From: Camelus ferus
Taxonomy: Eukaryota
Assembly (NCBI RefSeq): GCF_009834535.1
Contig: NC_045696.1
Coordinates: 87,360,001 to 87,424,000 of the forward strand
DNA: 64,000 nt
Direction: 5' to 3'
Shown: in pieces, positions 52,050 to 64,000 of the stretch
How the letters are laid out: each line of letters opens with the position of its first letter
Numbering within the stretch: the stretch's first letter is position 1
Made by a program: the position numbers and the translations under genes
The notes under the pieces: model-generated
Told to the model about the DNA's origin: nothing
The model's database searches: none
The model's input: the letters and a program-made list of their open reading frames with translations, nothing else

Positions 52050-55000
52050 CTTCCATGTTTCAATAGTTAAATCAGGAGAAAGATATTAATGTAATTCATC
52101 ACATCAATAATATAAGGGAGATTATGCAATCAATGCATCAATATTTGCTAAAGTTCTATATTTACATGGTTGTTTAAAAAAACTCTCAAGAACAAACATG
52201 AAATAAAAGAACTATCTTAATATGGTAAATAAAATACATATAATTGATAATGGATCTAAAGTTTACATGGAGAGTCAAAAGGCCCAGAATAGCCCACTTA
52301 GTATTAAAGGAAAAGAACAAAGTCATAGGACTGATATTAACCATTTTCAAGATTTAACTGTAAAGCTATAGTAATCAAGACAGTATGGTATTGGCAAGAG
52401 ATTAGACAAAGAGATCAATGGAACAGAACTCAGAAATAGATTATGTGAATATAGCCAATTGTTGACATAGGAACAAAGGCAATAAAATGGAGCAAAAATA
52501 GTTCATCAACATATGGTATTGGAACAAGCAGACATCTACATTAAAAAAGGTTATTTAGACAGAGTTTGCACCCTTCACGCAAATTAATTCAAAATGATTA
52601 TAGACCTAACGTAAAATATAAAACAGTAAGATTTCTAAAAGATAACATAGGAGAAAACCTAGATGGCTGAGTATGGCAATGACTTTTCAGATACAATATA
52701 GGAATAATCCATTAAAGAAATAATTGATAAGCTGTACTTTGTTAAAATCGAAAACTTATGCTCTACAAAAGACAATGTCAAGAGAATGAGAAGGCAAGTC
52801 ACACAGATTTGGAGAAAATATTTGCAAGAGACCTAACTGATAAAGGACTATTATCCAAAATATACAAAGAATTATTAAAACTCATCAATAAGAGAAACTG
52901 TCCAGTTAAAAAGTGGGCAAAAGAAATGAAAAGATATCTCACCGAAGCAGATATACAGATGACAAATAAGTGTGTGAAAAGATGTTCAGCATCTTATGTT
53001 ATAGGAAACTGCAAATTACAACAACTAGGTATCACTACACACCACTTAGACTGGCCAAAATCCAGAACACTGATGACACCACATCACCTCATGCTTTTAA
53101 GGATGTGGAACAACAGGAACTCTCATTCACTGCTGATGGGAATGGAAAATAAAATAGCCACTTTCGAAGAAAGTTTGACTTTTTTCTTTTAAAAACTAAA
53201 CATTCTCCTACTTTACTAACTCAGCAGTCATGTTCCTAATATAGTTCAAGTTACGATTTTTTACTATACCATGTGCCAAAGTGATAGGCATTCAGTAGAA
53301 ACTGTACTTTGAATTCTGTCTTCTGATCTTTTCCTGGGCTAGTGATATTTGGTGTAATACCCTCTCACGATGCTGAGCAGCAGTGATGAGCTCCAGCTCC
53401 CATTCAGCCACACACGATCAGGAGGGCAAACAACCATGACACTTACAACCATTCTGTTTTTCTATTTCAGTACAGTATTCAGTATATTACATGAGATATT
53501 TAACATTATATTTTTTAAAAAGTAGGGTTTGTGTTAGAATATTTTGCCCAACTGCAGGCTAATGTAAATGTTCTAAACACGTTAAGGTAGGCTAGGATAA
53601 GCCATGATGTTCCACAGGTTAGGTGTATTAAATGCATTTCAGCTTACAGTATTTTCAAATTACATCAGTTTTTTTAGAATGTAACTCCTATGTAAGTCAA
53701 GGGGACACTGTATCTATGGATAAAACTTTAAAACTAATAAAATTCATGGAAAACGCTCTGAATAAATGGGACATTCCAAACACTTAGGGTTTATAATTAT
53801 ATAGAGGTTAATCCTACTTAAAATAATCTCATCAAAATTTCATTTTTATTTTTTAAAATAAATACCCAACACATTCTAAAGTGTAATAGCAAAATCAATG
53901 TCCATATATGTTAGTTAACCTTGACCAAAAGATGTAAGCAAAAGAATAACAGGTAAAAAGAGGAATTCCCTGGACTACATCAACAAAAACCGACACACAG
54001 GCCAATAAAACAAATAAGCAGCCAGCTAAGAAACAGACCTACACACACACAAATGCACAATATGTGATAAAGGTGATTAAAATTGTTGGCAAAAGGATAG
54101 ATAATTAACTGAGCTGGAAAAACTGTAAGGAATTAAAATTTCCAGTCTAATTGTACAGAAAGGTGAATTATAAAGGAAGTAACAACCTAACTATAAATGT
54201 TTCTATAATATTATTTTTAAAAAATAGGATGTTTTGTTAAATAAAGGCAAAGAAGGACTTAGAATTTTAAACACAAACAGAAAAAAATTGATAATAATTA
54301 TATAAAACTGAACATCTCCCTCAGTAAGGTACATTATGTACAAAGTATAGAGATCTTACACACATTGTAGGAAAATATTTGCAGTTTCTAAAACTAGCAA
54401 TTATTTGAAGAAAATACAAGGGACTTTTGCAATCCAATAGTGTAAAGTAATACTTCCACTAGAACTCTATGGACAAATACTATACACAGAATTCTAGTCA
54501 TGGAAGAGAGAATCCAAAAGGCTAATGCGAAAATGAAGAGATGCTCCAAATCATTGGTAATCAGAGTAAAGCAAATTAAAATAATGAGATATTTTATGTC
54601 TATTAAGTTGGCGAAATATTCGAAGTTGGATATACTAGGTGCTAGTAGTAATGTGAATGGAAACCCTTGTTTATTGCTGATGAGAATGTAATAGATGTAG
54701 CCATTCTGAAGAGTACCTGTTAGTATTTGGTCAAATTAAGTATTTTTATATATTCTGAGCTAATAATGCTCATAGCAGCTTATATGCCCAAGCAATTCTC
54801 AAATAAAGAAAGGAATATACATTAAAAGATATTTCCCACAGCATCCTCTGTGTGGGGTGATGAGGAATAGGTGACAGTCTAGGTTTCTGTAACTAGGTTG
54901 GTGGATAGCCAAAAAGTGATCTGTGCACCTCACAAATTATTATGCAGTAATTAGAAGTAAATAATAAGATATATGTAGCAACCCAAATGAAACTTTAAAT

Positions 55001-55180
55001 TACAGTGTTCATTAAAAAAGGGAATAGTATTATACATTCACATGTATGTATAAGATACAAAATATTATATACAAATTTATGTAAATTAAAAATACATGAT
55101 GGCAAAACAATATACATTTATAAAGAACACATGTAAGCAAATATACACATCTGAATAACTGTCTTTAAATAAAACAAGCA
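52050..55180 (+). mobile_element. Nested old LINE-1 ORF2/3'UTR fragments
   Basis: ORF 52758..53192 (LEKIFARDLTDKGLLSKIYKELLKL...KKWAKEMKRYLTEADIQM) and ORF 54500..54691 are ORF2 C-terminal remnants. Confidence 0.85.
53242..53710. mobile_element. MER47/Tigger5-like DNA transposon
   Basis: ggcattcagtagaaactgtactttgaatt...aggttaggtgtattaaatgcattt...gtaagtcaaggggacactg|ta. Confidence 0.88.
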
Positions 55181-55951
55181 AGGAGACTTGTATACACAAT
55201 TTCAGAAAAAAAATGGTTAACTCAATATTCTATATCCCAAATCCCATCTTACCAGTCTATATAACTAGTGTTATACATATTTAGTACATAAACCAAAGAA
55301 GCTTTTGTATTTATAGCACTGAAAATCAAATTGTTTTTTTAAAATAAAATTATCTATCACAGGCTTTTAAAATCTTACTGGAGTCTGAGTAGGAGCATAG
55401 CATTTCTCACTTCATCCTTTCTCAAAAACTGCCTTAGTTGCAATAGTTTCTCATTTGGTTAGATCTAAATTATTTTGGAGGGCACAACTAAATTTTCTAC
55501 CAAGATTATTAGGGCTGAACTCATCAGAGTTTAGAAGTTAAGACTAAAACCAACAGTCAATAGCTGAATAAAGTAAAAGTTAACTGTAGTTTGAATTCTT
55601 GTAATACTCCTATACATAGAGTTGAAAAACCCAGCAAGTGAGGATATATTGTTTTAGAATCTCAAATCTATATGTAGTCATTTCTTGCTCTCCACTGGTA
55701 GCAGAATCAAGTATTATTTTATCTTTAGTACCACCTAAGGCTACATATTTTACAGCTCTGCTTTCTTTAAGTCACATTTTGTATAAAGATAGTAAAAAAT
55801 AAATAGTTGTGCTTCAGATGTTTACTGTGGGATCCTCTCAAATTTTTTGAGTCCTAAATAAGGACATTAAAGACTTCAAAGTTCCCTGTGGTTATATTTA
55901 AATCCAATATAGGAATGAATTTTTCAAGTACTGAAAATGAGGTGATCTTTA

Positions 55952-56050
55952 ACACACATATATAAATACATGTATGTATGTGTATGTATATACATAAATA
56001 TACATAAACAAATATCTATAAATACATATATGTGTATATATATAAATAAA
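55952..56050. repeat. (TA/CA)-rich low-complexity repeat
   Basis: Seen directly. Confidence 0.85.
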
Positions 56051-56739
56051 TCTGGTCAAGTCTAACTCATCTCTATGAAAATCATTAGATATCAGTAGCT
56101 TACCACTGCCTTCCTCTTGATTCAGGGGCAAAAACTTACCCATCTTGCAATAGCAGGAGCAACTAAAAAAAATTCTCAGCAAATAGGCTTTTCTATTCAT
56201 TGTCTCCCCCACAATTTTTATTTATCATTGCAATACTTTAAATTCAGGTACAAATTTTCCATTATCTGAAGAAGGAACTCACACCTGTATAGTCTTTGAG
56301 AACTCCTTATGTTTCAAATATATTTATTACAGAGATTTATAGAAAATCTAGATTTAATTGTGGTTGCAAAAGAATTATAACAGGAAACTATCAGACAGGA
56401 TATAGCATGACTTATCTCAATTTGACCTAAGAGTATAATCCCTTACCAGAGGCAAAATCTTTCCAGAGGTCAGAATTTGTCAAATTCAACTGCACATGTT
56501 GATTAGCTAAGAAAAGTGGTCCATAATTTTTTAGAACACTCTTACAAAAACTGAGGTTCTTAAACTTAGAAATATCTTATTGGAAATAGTCAAATATTAG
56601 AGAAATTTTGTGTTGAAATTCTTCCTATGGAGATTGTAGGTGATGCCAGCTTTCCCTTAAAGGTAGAAATCTGAAAATGAGGCACTCTCACCTTTAAAAA
56701 CAAGCCAAAGCCATATGGTCTTCAAAGTCTGATGCCCTA

Positions 56740-57790
56740 CTCAAGATATGCATGTTTCAACTGAAATCTATGAGGCATCAAAACCCAAGAAAACACAAAT
56801 AGGTAAACACCATCAACAAAGAAAACTGCCGTATTGTACTCAGATACAGTACAATGATGAACTATTATTTGGTGAAAATAACAAAATTGTGATTAATACA
56901 TTAAAGACTTTAGTGGAAAAGGTAAATGATATGTACAATAAGTTGAGTAATTTCAGCAGAGAGATGGCAACTAAAGGGAAATGGAATTATAAGAAAACAG
57001 AAAGAGTAATAGAAATGAAGAATGCTTTCAATGAGCTCATCAGCAGACTCAGTACAGCAAACACAAGAATCATCAACATGAACAAAAGTTGATGGAAACA
57101 AAAGTTCATTATTTTGAAACACAAGGGGAAAAAAAAGATTAATAAAGACTATCAAAAGGTTGTGAAAGTATGTAAAATATTCTAACATATGTCTTGTCAG
57201 AAGGAGACTAGAGATGGAATAGGACAGAAGAAGTATTAGAAATAATGACTGAGAATTTTCCAAATTGATGGACACTAAATCATAGTTTCAAGGAACTCAA
57301 GAACACAAAACAGGATGAGTTCAAAACCAACCAACTAACAAAAAACTTCATGCCTAGACATACCATATTCAAACTCCTACAAGCAAAAAATACAGAGGAA
57401 AAACTAAAGGCAGACAGATTTGTTTTAGAGGCAATTTCAGAGAGAGCAACAGGGGTAAATAATTACAGATAACTCCTTCCCAGAAACGATGAAAGCTAGA
57501 AAACAGTGTAAGGACCTTTTAAAGTGCTGGGGGGAAATAAATACTTGTCAACCCAGAATTCCATATCAGTTACTGAATAATACCATTCAAAAATAAAGAG
57601 ATAAGGTGATTTTTTCCAGATAAAACTGGAGAATTCATTGCCTATTGATTCGCACCAAAACATGTATTAAAGGAAGTTCTTTAGGCAAAGGTAGTATGAT
57701 ACTAGAGAGAAACTATAGAAAAAATGAGCGGTACTGAAGAGACCTGTAAGTGGAGAAAATAAAATTTTTATTTTAATTATTCTAAGATTA
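56740..57790 (+). mobile_element. Old LINE-1 ORF1 region
   Basis: ORF 56748..57092 (EMKNAFNELISRLSTANTRI); gaataatgactgagaattttccaaattg; tgtcaacccagaattccatatc. Confidence 0.85.
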
Positions 57791-58147
57791 GGCTATAGTA
57801 TGCAAAATACTATATAAAAATAAATATATAGAGAGACTAAAGGAAAGCCCACCTTTATGTCCAGGCAAGCAGCCCTCACTCATATGCATGCCCCCATAAT
57901 AACTTAAGAGACCAAGTTTTTGGAAAGTTTCAAAAATGCAATTAGAGAATTCCAGTGATTAGCTCTATTATCAGAAAGATATTGGGAAAATCTGTTTTCA
58001 AATCACACAAGTGTAATTGTTGGCACTTTCAATATAGCCACTTAATGGTGCTAGAGAAGTTTGAAGGGAAACGTGTAAAAATCTTACATGATTATTTGAT
58101 ACTAGAATAACTTGGTTACTCAACATTGTGCATTAAAAAAAGTCAAC

Positions 58148-58242
58148 GAATATATGTGTGCATGACTGGGATACTGTGCTGTACACCAGAGATTGATACT
58201 TCGTAACTGACTATACTTCAACTAAAAAATAAATTTAAAAAA
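58148..58242 (+). mobile_element. Extremely 5'-truncated LINE-1 tail
   Basis: gaatatatgtgtgcatgactgggatactgtgctgtacaccagagattga...ctgactatacttcaactaaaaaa. Confidence 0.88.
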
Positions 58243-58896
58243 TTGTGGATGATATTTTTGGTCCATGTCTCCCGCTAATTTCAGTAAAAATATAAAGATG
58301 AGACATGGACAAGATCCCAAACCTCACATTTTCTTTGAATAGCCCCTCATGGTTACATGTAACTATAAAACCATGTCCTGGCCAGTTTTGCAAAATCACA
58401 GGATGGATTAAAGCTCTTCCTTGCTGAAGAGTGCTGGCTCTGAACATAGTGAGTAATTCCAACTTATTTCTGCAGTGACAGAGACACCTATTTTCATGCA
58501 GTTGTCACTACATAGCTTATAAACACTCACCACCTTTTGAAAAGATCCACTGTCTGTTGCACAACCAATATTCAGGCCAGATAGAATAAACGAATGAAAT
58601 TCAAAAACTAAAATTAGCAAAGCCCTCAGAGATCCTCAGACTCATACGGCTTAAAATGTTTTCATTGACTTTAAAAACAATGACTTCAACTTCGTTAGGA
58701 GGACATCAGGTCTCTCCTTAGTAATAGGCCATATTGTGCATTTGTAAATATCAACTCTATTTCTAAGTTCTATTGTATTTTAATGAGAGAAGGCTACTTA
58801 AGATTCATACAACACATCTAATTTTATTATCAGCATGAATGGGCACATTTTCTTAATATCCTTCTACCAACCCTTGCATCAATTAACACCTGAATA

Positions 58897-59315
58897 CAGA
58901 TTCCCCCACTATATGAAAGTAAAGTCTTCCTATGAAAACTATCAAAGCCAAAATAGTGTAAAGCAAAGAAGCAATTACCTTAGGACACATCTTGCTAAGG
59001 ATACACAAGATAAATCAAGCTAAAGCACAGATACTTACACGTAGTTCAAAGCTTTGATGCTGAAATATTAAATGTAGTTCCTGGGGAAGGAGCTTGCTGG
59101 TGCTACTCTGGGTGCTCCTCCATGTCACTACTGCCCCTCTAATGGCTCACTGCAGAACAAATGCTGAATGCTTTTTTCTCTTTTTTTTTTTTTTTTTTTT
59201 GGCCCTAAAAGCAAATATTCTCTTCCCATTTCAGTTAGTGAAACAGGTACTAATGTAGGTCTTTTATAAAAGCTAAGTGTCATAAAGTGAATTTTCAAAA
59301 AGCAGGACATATCTG
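58897..59315. mobile_element. Tigger6-like DNA transposon
   Basis: TA|cagat...atctg|TA ends; cctatgaaaac...gtaaagcaaagaagcaattacc; aacaggtactaatgtaggtctttt. Confidence 0.85.
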
Positions 59316-61189
59316 TACTTAGTCTTTTGGAAGAGACATCAGCCCTTAAACTCCAAATAGGAAAGACTTTATTGGAATGATAATCACCAGTTAAACGACA
59401 ATGTTTCCCAAAGAGAGTAAGTAATAGGTGCCGTCTAAAATTGCAACTCTACTATGAATAACAAGAGATGTTTTAGTCACTTATGCTGTACTTTCTTCCA
59501 TATTCTCTAAACAAAATAGTCTACACCCACATCATGAGTTTTTTCTTAGTAACTTATGAATAAAGTAACAAAACTTGAGTAATTTTCTATTTCAAACTTA
59601 GGGTGCTTTTCTGATATATTGATTTTTAAAAATATTTCCTATTAATGTGCTTGCCAACTCTTGGAGACTTTCTGGCAGATGAAATTTTGTATCATGTCAG
59701 GGATAGTCTCTTTGTGAAACAGTAATTAGAGAGTATTTGGTAGAAAAATCTATTAAATGACTTTGAGATTCTCCCCATACAATGTCAGAAATTAAGTATA
59801 GAGATTTTTCTTTTGCCTAGATTCTCTGGATTTGAAATATATGTGCTATTTTCTACTTGAAAAGTAACCCATTGAGATACTAATTAACTTTGAATGCTAG
59901 AGGTCTTCGAACCAATTATTATTGTTCTCAAAAAAGTGTGAAACTGACCTTAGGTTAAAAATGTATACGGAAGTGGAAGGCCACTAATGAGTGATCTTAT
60001 TGGCTGTTTTCCCTTAAGGGTACAGAAGTGTATCCTCTCATCATGTATTTGAATCCAATAAAAGCTACTTAGACACTGTGCCACCAGCTCCTTCTTACCA
60101 TTCTACTGCACAAATAACCAAAAGAGTGCTTGCTGAAATCACATCTTGCCTGGTAAATAAATTCAATAAATACTTTAAAAATTCTGGCGCTATTACCAAT
60201 TATAGCTTACATTGGTCAAGCAGGCATGTGTCTCCAAAATACTTGAGAAGAGTCAGAGATATAAATGGGCTTAAATATATGAGAAAATTAGTATATTGAA
60301 CAAGGTAACAGAATTAACACTCGAGTTCTATCTGAGCAGGTAGGGTGCTCTTGTGACAATATAAGGTTAGAAAACTTTCCTCCAGATAAAGAGTGGCACT
60401 CTGTTCCTACCTCCAGTGAACCTTCTGTCCATGGGAAAGAAACATGCTTCCTTGACTTTTTTCCTATTGTGCCTGCCTGTAGCCAGTCACTATCACTATT
60501 ACGACAGTCGTGTATGCAAATACTATGAAAACCAAGGTAATACTGAACCATTAAATAGAAAAATACCTAATTATAACAATTACTTCCTATACTTTTTGAT
60601 GCAAATATTTACTCAGTGGTATTCTGTCTGTCTGTCTCTCTCTATATACATATATGTGCACCTATATGTATCTTTTGAATTTAATTATTATAGTTTTCGC
60701 CATTCATTTACACATGCCACATACTGTTCTTATGAATGGTTAAAACAATATATTCTTATTTACTTACTATTAATAAAGAAGTGTCAGGTTATTTTTCATT
60801 TTGTAAATGTGGATTTCTCAATTTCTTTCAAAAACAGAAAGCAAAAATAACTATTTTGTGCTGTTTTCTTAAAGTTGTATTTTTCATTTTACAAAGATGA
60901 ATATTGATGTTAACTTTTCATTATAACCATACTCACACACAGGTAGGGCAGGTTAGAGGTACACAGTGTAAAGTAAGCAAACTAGTTATACTGGAAAGTT
61001 CATAGTATCATGCCCACGTGCTCATGGTCAGTGGGCCAAGAAATAAAGATGATCTCTGTAAATTAACCAAACCAGTAGCAATATTGCCACATGTCCATTT
61101 AGTAGGGCAGGAATAATTCAAAATAATATTACTTGGTCTCCAGAAAGCCACTTAAAAGTACATTAGCTGTATCATGCTCTTAGTTTAAG

Positions 61190-63360
61190 CATGGTCTAGA
61201 AAAGTGCCATTGATTAGAAATACAATGAGAGCCACATGTGTCATTTATATGGTCATGTCAATATATAATTAGTATAAAATTAAGGCATTTTATATGATTT
61301 TCTTTATGCTATGTTACAGAAAGCCGCTGATGTGTATTTTACATATATATCATATCCATTTCAGATGCTACATTTTTCTGAAAATTCTGATCTGTTGATA
61401 TATTTCATAAAATTTAGTTATAAAAACAGATTTACATATTCTAGTTGTTCCAAACATATTTTTAATCCCTGATTCAAGTGCCAACAATTATTTTCCTCTA
61501 GTTTTCATATCCACACTGATGAAACTGGTTTATCTTTTTTTTCTTTTTTCTTTTTTTAAAGAAGAATGGATTTGATTTGAAGTAAAAGTGTATCAATTTC
61601 TAAAGTGCATCTCTGGCACTAACTCATATCAACTCAGTATCACAAACACTGAATTCAAAGTATGTTAATGTAAAATGTCTGAATTGAATCAATACTTTAA
61701 ATATACCAATATTAAAAGTGGACACAATGCTGCCAATTATAATTACATAATTGTATCACTTAAAATTAAAATCTGTATATAAATCGATGTTAGTAAAATA
61801 AATCATTATTCTGGGTTTATACTATGAAAGTTTCCTTTTTAACATACTTTGTCAAATTATCTCTTTAGGTCTCAAATAATCCTTTCTCTTTGGAGCTCAT
61901 TTCTATGCAGAATAATATTGGTGAGAAAACAAATTACACTGACATTTTTGTCCTGATTGTTGACTATTTGGCAAGTATTCCTTTTTCTTCAAGAAAATTT
62001 TGAATTGGAATTAACAGAACAAGCAAATCTTGATAAAACTCTTCCACGACTTAACCAATGCACAATGACAAAGAACATCATATCATTAAATTCATTGTTT
62101 CCTGTATCTCTCAACAGTTCCATAAACTGGTGATAATTCATAACATTTGCATATACACACTGAAAGATTTAAATAACTATATCCATGACACTTTTCTAAG
62201 CATCTGCTTCAGGAAACTGAGCACAAATATATTCAATATGTAGCATACAGTGGAGTAAAACTAGAAGGGGAACATTAGTCTCTTGTTTTGAAATTCCAAT
62301 AAATCCTAATTTTTGGCCTAACAGAAAGAGTACCACCTGTCATGAAAGAAACTAATTTTGTTTTATTTAGCTAAAATTCTTCCTTGACAGATCAAATACA
62401 TAAAAATTACTATGCCACACATTTCATATTTCAGGCTGCAGATTTATAACATTCCTTCATAAATTTAGAAGTCCTTGAGACTACTCAAGATACTAATTGG
62501 GCAGTGTCTCTTTTATCACAGTTAATCTAAAGCTAGAAAAGTACTTGCAAGTTTTTGAATTCTGAACCAGTCTTCGGTATTATTAGAAAAGTCTTATAGT
62601 CTGCAGTCAATTATTTAGTGGCTAATTGAAGATCTTTAACTTTGTGAAACATTTAGTCTGTTCCTCATTATTTCTAACACAATTTCAAAGAAAATTATTT
62701 TAACATTTCTCCCTCTAAAAATTACTTTCTTTTTTGTGCAAGAATAAAAGCTGATCAAAGTTACAAGCTCAGATTCTGTTAAAATTTTTGTTTAAAAGTT
62801 TTTATTTCAGGCAACAAATTTCTTTGTTTTTAATTGATGAGAGAAAAATACCTAGTCCATTATGTATCACTTGAAAGTATATCTTAAGATCATCCATTTT
62901 ATTACTATAGAATTTTTACATTACAAATAGCTTTATTATCTTTCTGTTGTAACAAGTTTCCAAGATTACTTCATTATCTTTTTTTAACTGTCTCAATCTA
63001 GTATTATGTTCTGCATCTTCACTCAATTCTGCATGTCATTTGTCTTTATTTTAAATTTAAAAATATGTATTTATTTCCTAACCTAAAAAAATCTATTTGT
63101 GTCATAATATAACAATACTAGTATTAACTACCAATTATACTTTGCATAGGCATCACTATTATTACCATCTTCATAAACAGAAACGTATCATAGTGTTATA
63201 TTTGTACATAGAAAACACTATTCCAAATGAATCTATTCACTGATAACAGCTATGTCAGTGATATGTTTATTTTTAATACTAGAAATACTGTCTACTGTCA
63301 ACACTTGCACTACAACACAACAACACATCTCAGGCTAATCAACATTTAAAATGAAACAAA
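61190..63360 (-). mobile_element. hAT-Charlie (Charlie7-like) transposon with a decayed transposase
   Basis: Minus-strand translation of 62279-62025: LLHCMLHIEYICAQ...*KSVMDIVI*...HQFMELL...VHWLSRGRVLSRF (hAT CxxH and WLSRG motifs); MER3/33-like terminal sequences. Confidence 0.88.
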
Positions 63361-64000
63361 TTCCTATTGAGAGAATAAAGTTCAGCTTAATGGAAAAGTA
63401 TTTCATACTGTTTCAGTGAACAGTTTACAACATTTCACACTGCTACGATTAAATAAAATCTATCATTTGGTTCCTCTGCACTTTAGCTGTATTTCAAGTG
63501 TTCTGTTCTAACCTCTGTGGGACAGTCAATATCAATCCTCCCCATACCACATACTCAGAAAAACACAGAGATTCATTTAACAGGCAAGGAAGGAGATTTC
63601 TGATGTGTTCTCTGACCAAAAAGATTAATACAGTTAACTAAAAAAAATGAGTATCCTTAATTTCCAGAGATGATATATAAATATTAAAATAGGATAGATA
63701 TGACAGAGCATTGTTCTCAGAGTTAGAAGAGTAGAATACAAGTTTCCTAAAAATACAAACAACAACATAAAATAATGACTCTGAAAGAAATAAAGAATCA
63801 AGTATTTAACAGGAAACAAATAATATTAAATTTACTTCAAACAATGCCATGACTTACTCTTACATTCCATAACTGTATCTTTCATATATTCAACTTATTT
63901 TCAACATTTTATTTTAAAATATTTCAGCCTTAAAGATAAGGTGCAAAAATAACTACTTTTCTCCCATATTCCCCAATGTTAACATATTACATTTTCATTA

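Overview
AT-rich mammalian genomic DNA, most likely camelid (alpaca, llama or camel), judged by a tRNA-Ala-derived Vic-1-type SINE and the absence of any Alu, Bov-tA/BovB or PRE-1 SINE that I could see. I recognise no intact protein-coding gene, and most ORF-track entries are chance ORFs or LINE-1 debris. The window is a mosaic of LINE-1 (mostly + strand), L2, MIR, solo ERV1/ERVL/MaLR LTRs, and Tigger and hAT-Charlie DNA transposons. Family names come from recalled consensus sequences, not from a search. Five structures stand out. (1) A TSD-flanked ~3.07-kb ORF1-only (half-L1-like) element is nested in an older L1. (2) A three-segment, microhomology-joined templated insertion, copied from DNA 1.5-2 kb away, sits in the 5' end of an LTR. 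(3) A tailless tRNA-Gln(CTG) 5'-half retrocopy with a 16-bp TSD lies inside an L1 tail. (4) One LTR carries a 23-bp-period array of inverted CCAAT boxes, an octamer and a TATA box. (5) An unidentified coding-like segment is split by an LTR. The strong + strand bias of L1s and LTRs suggests the window lies in introns of a minus-strand transcript, and candidate small exons are noted at low confidence.
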